Shown: positions 12,109 through 23,814, numbered from the stretch's first letter. The stretch is DNA of 64,000 nucleotides from the human T2T-CHM13v2.0 reference genome, Homo sapiens (GCF_009914755.1 NC_060933.1); one strand, 5' to 3'. The notes: generated by a model not told the origin, from the letters alone. Numbers and translations: made by a program.

Positions 12109-13893
12109 TTAATGCTAAGTCAATCCACATCACCTAGAAGGAATAGCAGTTCTGATTGCAGCACTGAGCAACAGAGCTGCAAATTGAGACAACTGAAATA
12201 AAAAAATAAACAAATCCACATTGTAGTTTCAGACTTCAACACCACTTTCTCATCTATAACTAACAAGAAAATCAGCGATGGTTTAGAAGAACTCAATGAC
12301 ACCATTAATTAACAACATCTAATTGATATTTATACAACATTCCACCCAACGGCACCAAAAAACACATTGTTTTTAAGTACTCAAAAAACATATACCAAGA
12401 TAAATAATATCTTGGATCATAAAATCAACAGATTTTTAAAATTTGAAATTATGCAGTGTTATCTAACCACAATGAAATTAAAATAATAATCAGTAACAGA
12501 AAAATAAAAAAAAATTTTCAAACTCTTAAAAATTAAAGCACATATTTCTAAATAATCCATATATCAAAAAAGAAAATCTTAAGTAAATAAAAGTACATTA
12601 AATTGAATAAAAAATATATCAAATTTTGTGGGTCATAGCTAAAGCAACAATGAGAGGGAAATTTGTAACACTAAATACCTACATTAGAAAAGAACAAAAG
12701 TCTCATTACAATAATCTAAGTAGCCACTTCAAGAATCTAGAAAAGGAAGAACAAAATAGATATGATGAAAACAAAGAAGGAAATAACAAAGATAAGGGAA
12801 GAAATCAATTAAATTGAAAATAGAAAAACAATAATCAATGAATCTAAGAGCTGGTTCTTTGTGAAGTCCAGTAAAATTGGGAAATCTTTAGCAACACTGA
12901 CAAAGAAGAAAAGAGAGATGACACAAATTATAATATCAGAAACAAAGTGAGATATTACTATGGGTCCTGCAGAATAATCAGAACATACTACAAAGAACTC
13001 TATCGACATAAATATGACAACTTATGCAAAATGGACCGGTTCCTCAAATAACAAACTACTACAACTCACCCAATATGTGTATCAGATAAATTGAATAGCC
13101 TAATAGCTATTAAGAAAATTGAATGTATCACTTAGCAACTCCCAGAAAAGAAATCTCAAGACCCAGATGGTTTAACTTGGAAAAGTTTACCGCACGTTTA
13201 AGAAACAGTTAATGCCAATTCTACACAATCTCTTCTAGAAAACAGAAGAGGAGGAAACATTCTCCTATTGATTCTATGAAGATAGTCATAACCTGATAGT
13301 AAACTAGACAAGGAGAGCACTACCACCACCAAGAACAACAATATCAACAAAAAACAAAACTAAAGATCAATAGCTTTCATGAATATAGACACAAAAGCCC
13401 TTAGAAAATATTAACAAATAGACTTAAGCAACACAAAAAAAATTATGTCATGACCAAATGTGGTTTATTTCTAGGATGCAAACTTAGTTTAATATTTGAA
13501 AATCAATGTTAATCACCATATTCATAGGCTAAAGAAGAAAAATCACATGATCATCCATTCGATCTAGGAAAAAAAATGACAAAATTCAATACCCATTCAT
13601 GATAAAAGCTCTCAGAAAAGTAGAAATAAAGGAAAACATTTCTCAGTTGATCTAAAAAATAATTCAACTATCATTATACTTAATAATGACAGACAAAACA
13701 TCTTTCTGCTAAGATTGGGTAGAAAGAAGGATTTGTGCTGTCATCACTCTTATCTGACATAGAGCTAGAAGTTCTAACAAATGCAATAAGGCAAGAAATG
13801 AAAATAAAAGGAATGAAAACCAAAAAGAAAGAAATTCAATTGACTCTGTGCAGATGACACGATTGTCTACATGGAAATCTTAAGGAATCTAAC
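10945..13893 (+). mobile_element. Old L1M (L1MC/MD-type) LINE: 5' UTR, ORF1 piece, ORF2 EN to RT; internally deleted, 3' truncated
   Basis: ORF 12626-12817 AKATMRGKFVTLNTYIRKE is L1 ORF2; ends just past TGCAGATGACACGATTGTCTAC (FADD RT motif region); (GA)n at about 12051-12103. Confidence 0.9.
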
Positions 13894-15030
13894 ATTGGCC
13901 CCACATTGAACCCTTTATTGTTATTTTATTGGTCTTGTTTCCACAGATTTCATGAGAACACGGTGTGAGAGTAAATACAAGATGTGACACTTCAGAGTTT
14001 TCAATTATCTGCATCTGTTTTGTTTATCTGCATCTGTTTAGCATATTTAACTCTATTTGAGACAGGATATATAGCATTATAATGTTTTGAAGTTATAATC
14101 AGAGATTACTTAGACCCCTCCACTGTTGCTGTTTATGATAGGGCCACAGTCAAGCCTCAAGGTGAGTTCTCTGGCCTAAGGGTAGCCAACTAGGAGTGAC
14201 TGGTAGAGGGAGGGGAGGAGGCAGGGGAGATGGCATCTGAGGGAATTTCACAGATACATGTCAGGGGCCAAATTCTTAGAAATGGAAAAGTCATTTAATG
14301 AGAAGCATAAGAAAAAGTTGTATGTCTTCTGGAATCTGAGCAACTTTTAGAATCCAACCCTGTTTATGATCAGCTATAAAATTTATCTGTTATGGATTAT
14401 CTTTCCATAACTTTCTAGATGCTGGTGAGAATAATGAAAGGTTATAAAAATAGAGCTTTAAGAAATGTTGAAATGGAGGGTTAAATTTTGCTGCTTCCTA
14501 CCCTTTCATTTCAAAGAAATCTGTTATGCCATACCTTCAAACACCGACAACATGACGCAGCTTCTTTCCTTTTGACTAAAGCCATGGTGTTCTCTTGAAG
14601 TTGTATACCTGAAAAATGAGACTGGTATTCTTTCTTTCACATAAGCATGCTGGGCCACAGACATACTGTGTAAATAAAACAAGTTTTTGCTGTTAACATG
14701 TAAAGAGGGTTTTAAACAAAACTGTTCTGCTATTTCTGAAATGTCTATTTCCTTTTATTGTACATTTGCATCCTGACAGCAACTTAGATCTTTAGTATGA
14801 TTTGGATATATTTACAAATAATATTATAAATCTTCAATGAAATTTATATGCCAGTTAACTTAGTGAAAGCCCAAGCTAGAGAACAAAATTATAGTTATAT
14901 CAATTATCCAAGGCAAGTAAAAACATATGTTTGTGTTAGATAATGTTCAAAGTAATAGCTAAATGATTACTTGTTAACTGAAGTCCCCTTGGAGTCTTAA
15001 AAAATCCCCTTATTAAAGAGCTATTTTGAA

Positions 15031-15207
15031 TGATACAAACACATTTATACATGGAGAGAGAGAGAGACAGAGAGAGAGAGCATTTTAAATGTAAAATGTT
15101 AACATTTAAGAAATCTTAGTGAAATCTTCGGGAAGGGTTTGGAAATTCCCTTGCACTACATTTGCAACTTTAAGTTTTAAGATTGAAATGATTTCCAAAT
15201 TTTTAAG
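15031..15207 (+). mobile_element. Short L1MC/ME-type 3' stub with 15-bp TSD
   Basis: GTAAAATGTTAACA...TTCCCTTGCACTACATTTGCAACTTT...TGAAATGATTTCCAAAT; flanked by AAGAGCTATTTTGAA at 15016-15030 and 15208-15222. Confidence 0.8.
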
Positions 15208-16539
15208 AAGAGCTATTTTGAAAATGAAACTTCATGAAAGGCCTTCCAAATTAAGATTTTTTTCAGGGGCAAAGGTGACAGTTGGTATCATCAGTGGTGT
15301 GCAGATACATAAGCAGAATAACGCTTATCTTATTAATGCTTATTAAAATTCAGAAATAGCTTTATGATTAGAATTTTCAGCATTTTAATGGTAGAAGCAG
15401 TTCTTTCATATCAGAAAGCAATAGAATTACTTAGCCAAGTGGAAACAATTTCATACTTAACATGTAACATAAGATCCATGTAACAAAGTATTGCATTGGC
15501 CTTCCATCTTTTCTCCTCCTTCCAAGAATAGAGGATACGTGAGTCACTCTGACAGCATCAGGTTGCTTTCTTTTCTGTGGTGACTTTCTCATGTGCACAT
15601 AAGGAATACTATTTTTGAAGGGAGAAAATGGATATCCTGGTAAATAACAACAAGGTTATGAAATGTGTAATATATAACTGACATTGATTTAAAGTAACCA
15701 GGTTTCTGTGACATAAATTCTGATAATGAGAAGGCTCATTTCCTAAAACAAATAAGGCAAATTTGAAAGTTAAAGAAATGACTAATTCTGCTGGATTTTT
15801 GTCCATCCTAAAATTCAAATATAAGCCAAATAAGGAAAACTAAGATTTAAGAATTGGGTCTGCTTTGTAGCTTCTAGTTTTTAAGGAAAGTTTATGAACT
15901 AGCAAATGAACAGATTTAGATGCTGCTTTCCCAACTGAACATAAAGGCACTAACTTTGTCTTTGGACCATGAAGAGTGATAATTAAAAAAAAAAAAGAAT
16001 GTTATTTATTTTATTTTTTTATTTTAGTTTTTACCACAATTTCTTACTGTATTCTGGATATGAAAACCATTGAACTTTGAGAAGTCTAAAAGTTATTAGA
16101 AACAAATGAATTGTTAGAATTAAATAAATGCTTTCCACAGAGCAGTTACTCCATTATGTAAAGTTTAGACATTGAATGGAACAGATAAAAATGCAAACTA
16201 AAATCTGTAAGTAAGAATCATTTTCATAGTGTTTCAGTGTCTTATTTATGGATTGAGTTTTGGGGACTTTGGTTAGATTTTTAACAATTTTCCTCTTTTT
16301 CTAGAATTTCTCTCACTGGCTACTAAATCTGCCTTTATCTTTATCAGAAGCCATTTCCCTTTTAAACGTGTTAAGTCATTTTTATTTTAGACTTTAACTC
16401 TAATATGTAGTTTTGTACCAAGCTTTAAAAATTTCCTAACCTAAAACAAACTGGACCACCACTCCAGCCTTGATTTATTTTCAGAGCTTTAAACAAAAGT
16501 TTGCATCTGTTACCCTTAAAGTCTATAATTAGTAGTTGA

Positions 16540-16760
16540 ACCACACAAAGAATCAACATGATGTCATGTCTAGACAACATGTAAATTAATATGAAAGCAA
16601 TTGATTTACAAACACTGTACTAATACAAATTAATCTGAATTAAGTTTAATCCCCAGTTACTAACTGATTAAGTGTGGCTGTTGGTAGCTGCAGAGTGGTG
16701 ATTTCCATCTGTGATTTTTAAAGACACAACTTAATCATTGAATCTGTGTGGAGACATAGT
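16540..16760. promoter_or_regulatory. Candidate homeodomain-rich enhancer
   Basis: Non-repetitive; TGATTTAC 16602, TAATCC 16647, TAAGTG 16669, CATCTG 16706, several TAAT cores; motif-based only. Confidence 0.3.
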
Positions 16761-17639
16761 TAAAACACATACCATATACAGTGATTCTCCATGTCTGCTC
16801 TCTGCACAGAAGAGCTAGAGAAGCAAAACTGAAATATACAATTTAAAAACATATAGGAAGCTCTTCTTAAGTGTCATAATTAACTTTTGGCAAAAGGGAT
16901 GTTTCAGGCACGTTGACTTTGGCTGTGACTGGCACAGCATCCTTCTTAGAAAGTGCATTCATCTGTTCAGAAGAAGAACTTGCTCTTGCTTTGAGGAAAC
17001 ATGAAATCAAAATTGCCAATATATTCTCTCTTTTCAGGCACAATTATTACAATTTATTGTGGACAGGAAAACACATGGATGTTGAATACCAGTTCCTGTG
17101 AAAGATACTTGGGTTTCGGGATAACAACAGTCCCAAGTCTTCAGAACAAATCAACAGGTGCATACTCTCAAACCACAGTAGGTTATTATCCTACCACCTC
17201 ATATGGGCTGAGAGTGCTAGAATAATGTTGTATTTGTCCCATTTACTAAAAATATATTTTTTTGTAAATATTATGGGTGTCCCCAATATTATGTTTGATT
17301 TGTTTTTGCCTTTTTGAGGAATGTTTGTTCAAGTAAAATTAGCTTGTATCCACTTTAAAGTGTTAAAAAACTCACCATTAATATCATCAAGATATTTAAA
17401 AAATGTTGGTTTCACTTCTATTAGCCAGTCCCCATAATTGCATTAATAATATTTTTCAGATAACTGGAAACCAAGAACAATCATACCAAATTATGAAAAA
17501 TGTTTTACTCTTTTGATTTGGTAGGCATGTTCTGTTTGTCAAAAAACTCTATAGTTTATGTTGGAACAAAAATAAGGAGTGTTTTAGGAACATAATATAC
17601 ATAGGTTTGATAATTAAAAAGTAACTGTGATATCAAAAT

Positions 17640-18050
17640 GAGGGTCATTGTATTTACATGGACTCTTTTATAGACATCCTACTCATTGTCATAATAACTG
17701 AGGCTGTCATGACCATGGACTCTGCTTCGCATGAAGCCCTAAACAATTCTGACAGGCTGCAGCTCATTAAGGGACAGTCATTTTGTTGAAATGTCTATCA
17801 GCTCGCAGGGATGCACCAAGATGAATAGACCCAAAACAATAGGCCCATTTGTTAGAGCAGTAGCTTCTCTAATACATGATGAGACAATCAAGCCAAGCTG
17901 CCTTCAGCACAAAGACATAATTAATCAAATGGACAAATGGTTCAAAAATTGCTCTAGTATATTCTGTAGTGGACAGAGGTTTCCATGGAAACATTGGCGT
18001 TTGCATCACAGTTAATGACCATTCTGTACAATGAAGTCTCCCCCTTCATA
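17640..18050. promoter_or_regulatory. Candidate conserved enhancer with RFX X-box, SOX, MEIS and homeobox sites
   Basis: Palindrome GTTTCCATGGAAAC 17979-17992; AACAAT 17742 and 17835; CATTGT 17646 and 17684; CTGTCA 17704; TGACAG 17750; TAATTAAT 17918. Confidence 0.45.
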
Positions 18051-19519
18051 CACACTTCTTTACTCTCTCCACTACGCCTGTTCTCTCCACTCCTCCAACT
18101 ATTAAAAAACACAACCTGGAGAAAAACAAACAAAACAGGGAGAACGAGGAAACATAAAGAAGGACCTTGAGAATCTGTATTTCCTATCAGAAAATCTAAT
18201 AGCTCTATTTCAGCATTTATGAAACTGATTATGAATATTTTCTTGTTTTCAATACTTAAATACAAATGGAGAAAAACAGCCTGAAATTGTTACTTTTAAT
18301 GCTATTAGATAATTACAGCAATTTCATCCAAGTATTTACAGATATAGCTTAACTCATTTTAATGATTTAAAATGTATTTGGAAAAAAATTAAATTGCAAC
18401 ACTTAATGCCTAAAATGTTAAATGAAATTTTAGTAAAGTCCTGAGAGAAAAGGAGACTTTAAATTTGACTTAAGTTCCTAGAAAACAGTTTATAAATATT
18501 TCTTAAGTTTGATTTTTACCTTGCATTCTGAAGTGTCATTGATCAATATTTAGTCAGGCTAAAGAAAATCTCTACTTTGACCCCTAATAAAACATATTTC
18601 CCATAGGTAACTGCATCTATACTTTGAAGGATAGTTTTTTGTTACTATACAATGGTATATGAGGTCTTAATCATTGCCTTCCACCTTCCTACCAAAGTGT
18701 AGCTTATTAAAATATTCTTTCCAATCACAGAAAGAACCCATTTTTAGAGATGTCCTGATAAATACAATATTCTCTATCTTGATAGTTTATGAACCACAAA
18801 AGTGACCAAGTTTGATGCCTATTTAGGGGTCTTGTGTAATACTTGAAATAAACAGTTTGATTCTTTAAAAACTACATGGCAGGGTAGTTTAATAAAATAT
18901 TTATATGTGTTTTTTTCCCTCTAACTGTATTTTCCTTTTCTACTTTCTCTACACTTCATGTGTAACTGTATAGGTAGCTGGATTGCTTTGTAGTGTCTCT
19001 TAAAGACTTCTTCCCTTCCTGGTATTCCTGTCTTTATTTTTTAAAACCTGTGTCAATAAGAGTCTTTTGCGGGTCGGGGGAATGGGCAATGGAGGGAGAG
19101 AATTATAAGTTGGAGACCAAAGTAGCAAGGGAGCTAATGGTATTTTCTAAGACTGGAAAGGAACAAAGGGCTGTGAGCCCTGCACAAATAAAGAGTCCAG
19201 ACCACTGTCCTGGGCAATACACGGAAAATATTTCCAAACACAGAGAAGATCAGCTACATAGTGCACTTAGGGAGTTTGGAACTCAGGCTTTCGGTCTGCA
19301 CAGAGTTCTTTCCTCGGAGTTCATCTTGGGAGCCTGTTTTCAAAGAGCTGTACTAGCATGAACCACGAGGATGTCTGTAGTTACCAAGATGAATGGAAGG
19401 CCACAGAACACTACATCATTTTCCTTCACCAAATTTGTAGCCCATATTTGTATACCATCCTAGAGCTAACTGAGACTGAATTTCATTACTTAAAATTTAA
19501 AGCAATGGCCTGGTTCACT

Positions 19520-19715
19520 CAGTTCCACAAGGGCGAGACAGACTCTAAATGGATCCATCTTTTAATGATGTTAGTTATTTATTTGAGGAAGACACAGACT
19601 CTTCAGGACTCAATTCCTTTAGTCATGGAAATAATGATAACCATCATGATGCTATTAGAAAATTAGTAAAATAACACATGTCATGAAAGCACTTTGGAAG
19701 CTTTAAGAGCCCCAA
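19520..19715 (+). mobile_element. MIR fragment
   Basis: GGAAATAATGATAAC...AAAATTAGTAAAATAACACATG...AAAGCACTTTG MIR 3' half. Confidence 0.5.
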
Positions 19716-19759
19716 AGTGAGACCATGAGTAAATAGAGACTCTATTATATTACTGGAGG

Positions 19760-20285
19760 GAACAAAAAATGATCCCTTCACTGTGAAAGAGAAGGTGGAA
19801 AAAGCAACCATAAATATAGCTATATTTTCTCTTTGACCTACCAGTGTTAATTCTGGAAATCTATCCTACAGAAACACTTGCCCATGAATGCAATAACTTA
19901 TATATAGTATACAAAATTATTCACAGAATACTCTTTTTATTAAGGATTAGAAGCACTTAAGAGTGCAAATATAGAGGACTGTTTGAATAAACTATGGTAT
20001 ATCTACACAGTAGAATTCTATGCAATTGTGAGAATAAATGATGCGACCTCAATAGAAAATTTGCTGGGGTATATTTTGAGTGAACCGATCAGTGTGCAGG
20101 AGAGGCTAGGATAATGAGTATGCTTCTGACATGTAAGGAAGGAGATAAAGTACATATTCACATTTTTGTATTTGCATAAAGAAACACTGAAAGGATAAAC
20201 ATAAAGCTAATAAACATGCAGAATGATGGGAGAATAGATGTGATGGAAATGAAGCTAAGATAAAATTTCAGGGTGTACTTTTCAA
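19760..20285 (+). mobile_element. L1ME3/4-type 3' UTR, first part (interrupted; resumes at about 26635)
   Basis: TTTGACCTACC...TTCTGGAAATCTATCCTACAGAAACACTTGC; GAATAAACTATGGTATATCTACACAGTAGAAT. Confidence 0.75.
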
Positions 20286-20294
20286 AAATAATTT

Positions 20295-21085
20295 TTTATT
20301 ATTGTTATTTTTGCAACAGTAGTATACAGAATCCTATGTATCTTTCATCAAGTTTCCACTAGTCTTAACATCTTACGTAACTAAAAAATTAATATGGGCA
20401 AATACTATTAATTAAACTGCAGATTTTATTGATACTGCACCAGTTTTTCCAATAATGTTTGTTTTCTGTTTTAGAATTCAATCAAGTATTTCCTTGCACT
20501 TACTTGTTATGACTTCTTAGTCTCTCCAGTCTGTGACAGTTACTCATTTTCTCCCTGATACAAGGACTACAACACTTTGGAAGGTGCTTGTCAGGTATGT
20601 ACTGCAGTTTGGATTTGTCCTATATTTTCTCACAATCAAGCTTAAGGGTATGCATTTTGGGGAAAAATATCCCAAGATGGTGTGCCCTTCTTAGGGCATC
20701 TTAGGGCATCATATTAGGGGCACATGACGATGGGTCTTATTTCTAGGGATATTAATCTTAAACACTAAGTTAAGGTACTAACTGCAGGTTGTCCATTGTG
20801 AAGTTACTATTTTTCCTTTGTAAATACTAAGTATTTTAATGAATATAATTTGAGAAAAAAACTGTGTAAAACTCTGTTTCCTCTTATACTTTGTCAACCA
20901 ATTTTGGCATTCACCAGTGGATTTTGACTACAGCAATTATTACCACTGTATTCTAATGGTGATTTTCCTATTCCCTCACTCATTCTAAATTTATTAATTT
21001 AAATTATTTTGTTAGGAAAAATCTTTCTCAATGTTTAATTTGTTTATAAAATCACTTGTTTATATCAGTATGGATGAATGGTTAT
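20295..21085 (-). mobile_element. L1MC4-type 3' end, first part
   Basis: Antisense L1MC4-like: TTAACATCTTACGTAACT, TAGTCTCTCCAGTCTGTGACAGTT, CATTGTGAAGTTACTATTTTTCCTTTGTAAATA. Confidence 0.75.
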
Positions 21086-21124
21086 TTTATAAGATTTTAT
21101 TTTAGATCTTCTCTGGTAATATCA

Positions 21125-21315
21125 TTTCTTCTTCATCTTTACCTCCTCTTCTTTTTTCCTTCTTTCCTTCCCCTTCTCCTTCCCTCTTGCTCTTCCTCTT
21201 CCTCCTTGTCTCCTTCTTTTTCCTCTTCTCCTGCTTCTGCTTCTTCTTCCTGTCTTTTTTCCTCCTGCTCCTCCTCCTCTTCTTCCTCCTCTTCCTCTTT
21301 CTTCCTCTTCCTTCT
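21125..21315. repeat. (TTC/TCC)n pyrimidine-rich low-complexity tract
   Basis: Directly visible C/T tract; gives spurious Ser-rich and Glu-rich ORFs. Confidence 0.95.
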
Positions 21316-21369
21316 GATTAAGTTACTAAAAGTGGTTTTTCTAATATCCATTTAAAAATTAACCAAGCA

Positions 21370-21497
21370 GGCCAGGCCTGATGTCTCCTGCCTGTAATCC
21401 CAACACTTTGGGAGGCCAAGGCAGGAGGATTGCTTGAGCCCAGGAGTTCAAAGCTAGCTTGAGCAACATAGAGAGACTCTGTCTCTATTTAAAAAAG
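21370..21497 (+). mobile_element. FLAM (free left Alu monomer)
   Basis: GGCCAGGC...GGATTGCTTGAGCCCAGGAGTTC...GAGACTCTGTCTCTA + A-rich tail; degenerate TSD AAATTAACCAAGCA/AAATTACCGAAGCA. Confidence 0.9.
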
Positions 21498-21741
21498 AAA
21501 ATTACCGAAGCACATTTTCAAATAATAATATAGTGCTTTATGTGTAGCACAAGTGTCTTTTAACCTACTACCCAATTCTTTCTCTTGTGGCATTGCTGCT
21601 ATGTATTTTACATCTAAAGTGTTACTATTACTGCTCCAATCAGTAGGTTTTTTTAGATCAATTAAGAATAAGGAAAATAAAAGAATTTACATTACCTTCA
21701 TGAACTACTTCTCTGATGCTTTCTTTTTTCTTTATGTAGAT

Positions 21742-21783
21742 TCAGACGAGATTGGGCACGTTCAGGGTGGTATGGCCATAGAT
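21742..21783 (-). pseudogene. 5S rRNA 5' fragment (nt ~1-42), tailless retropseudogene
   Basis: TCAGACGAGATTGGGCACGTTCAGGGTGGTATGGCCATAGAT is the reverse complement of 5S GTCTACGGCCATACCACCCTGAACGCGCCCGATCTCGTCTGA with 4 transitions; TSD TCTTTATGTAGATTCA at 21729-21744 and 21784-21799. Confidence 0.93.
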
Positions 21784-22366
21784 TCTTTATGTAGATTCAA
21801 GCATCTGATCTACACATGATTTTCCTTCCGCCTAAAGACCTTCTTTTAACATGTCTTGCAGAGCAAGTCCACTGGGTGGGAATTTTTAGTTTTTGTTTGT
21901 CTAAGAAAGTTTTTATTTCTTCTTTTTGAAGAAATAATAATTTAAATGGATATAGAACTCATGGTTGTAGTCTTTTTCTTTGAGCATTTTAATGATTTCA
22001 TTTCATTCTCTTCTTGTTTGCATTATTTTTCATGAGAAGTCTCTGGTAATTTGTATTCTTTTACCTCAGTATGGAAAGTGTTCTCCAATCCTAGATTCAT
22101 TAAATTTTTTTTTCTTTATTTTTGTTTTTTGCAGTTTGAATGTGGTGTGTCTCCGTGTGGAGTCTTTGGTGTTTATTCTGCTGATATTGTCTAAGCTTCC
22201 TGGTTCTGTGGCTTGATATCTGTTCTTAATTTGAGAACTTCTCAGTCATTATTTCTGCAAATGTTTCTTCTGCTCCATTTTCTTCTTCTTCTCTTTTTGA
22301 TATTCCAATTATATACATGTTGCAACTTTTGATATAACTCCACAGTTCTTGTCTGTTCTGTTACAG

Positions 22367-22432
22367 TCTATTCTATTCTATTCTATTCTATTCTATTCTA
22401 TTCTATTCTATTCTATTCTATTCTATTCTATT
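22367..22432. repeat. (TTCTA)n pentanucleotide microsatellite, about 13 units
   Basis: Perfect TTCTA array visible. Confidence 0.97.
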
Positions 22433-23253
22433 ATCTCCTCCTCCTTTTTTTCTTCTTTGTATTTCATTTCAAATATTTCTATTTACCTATGCTGAAATTT
22501 ACAGATTCTCCCCTCAGCCTCAGTCTATGGATTAACTCATCAAAGGTGGTCTTTATTTCTGACACTATGTTTTTTCACTTCTAGCATTTCCTTTTGATTC
22601 CTATAGTTTCCATCTCTCTACCAACATTTCATCTGGTCTTGCATGTTGTCTACTTTTTCCAGGAGAGCCTTTACCATTGTAATCACAGTTATTTTAAATT
22701 TCCTATTAGATAATTCCAATATCTTTTTAATATCTGAGTTGGATTCTGATGCTCGCTTTGTTTCTTCAGACGCTTATTCTTGTCTTTTGACATACCTTGT
22801 AAATTTTGTTGAAATCAGATATGTTGTATAGGGAAATAGTTACTGAAGTAAATAGGCCTTTAGTATGAGGATTTATGTTAATCTAGCTAGGAGTTGGAGT
22901 GCATTTAATGTTTATTTTAGCTACAGACACCAGAGGCTTCCAATTATTGTAGTAAGCTTAGTTTTTTTTCTCCATACTTGGCTTTGTTTCCCTTTGTACT
23001 GCTCTTTAGAGAGAGCCTGTGTCTTGTAGCTCTTTAAGTTGTAATCCACTGCTATTATTCCTGAAAGCTTGTTAGAGCTATGATGGGTTGTGGAGGAGAG
23101 GGAGTCTGCTGGAATCTTCTGAATAAATCTCAGTGTTTTAATGGTCATATGTCTTGGGAATCTGGTTAATGTAGTGTTTCTGCTTCTCCTCCAGGGATAG
23201 AGCTTTTGCCCTTCTTGTTTTCTAGTCCTTCTCCAGCACTAGTGTTTCCAGTA

Positions 23254-23814
23254 CGGTAGTCCCCCTCCTCACCACCTTATCCAAAAGGGGTATATTCCAA
23301 GACCCCCATTAGATTCCTGAAACCATAGGTAATACCAAATCCTATATATACTATGTGCTTTGCTATATATACATATCTATGATAAAATTTAATTCATATA
23401 TTAATTATAGTAAGATATTAATAACAATAATAAACTAGAACAATTATAACAATACGTCAGCATCATTATTGCGTGAGGGGGCCATCATGAAGTAAAATAA
23501 GGGTTACTTGGATATAAACACTGCAATACCATGACAGTCCATCTGATAACTGAGATGGCTACTACTAAGTGACTAACGGGCCGATAACCTACACAGCGTG
23601 GGTATGCTGGTTAAAGGGATGATCATGTATTGAGCAGGAACTAGTGGAACAGTAAAGATTTCATTACGCTACTCAGAATGACTTGCAATTTAACTTACGA
23701 ATTGTTTATTTCTGGAATTTTTTGTTTAATATTTTTGAACTGCAGTTTAGTGCAGTTGTCCGCAGGTAACTGAAAATCAGAAAGCAAAATTGCGGATAAA
23801 GGAAAATGACCACA
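23254..23814 (-). mobile_element. MER44B-type (Tigger7-derived) DNA transposon
   Basis: TA|CGGTAGTCCCC TIR; AAGTAAAATAAGGGTTACTTG, CTGATAACTGAGATGGCTACT, GAATTGTTTATTTCTGGAATTTT. Confidence 0.9.

Noticed and set aside
17903-17920. REST/RE1-like TTCAGCACAAAGACA
   Set aside because: Only the left half-site matches; spacing and right half are wrong
18993-19666. Two abutting plus-strand ORFs (122 and 102 aa) resembling an operon
   Set aside because: Eukaryotic context, second ORF runs into a MIR, no recognisable homology
20691-20710. TTAGGGCATC x2, containing telomere-like TTAGGG
   Set aside because: Simple 10-bp slippage duplication within L1MC4, not an interstitial telomeric array
21056-21355. 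Ser-rich plus-strand and Glu-rich minus-strand ORFs
   Set aside because: Translations of the TTC/TCC low-complexity tract
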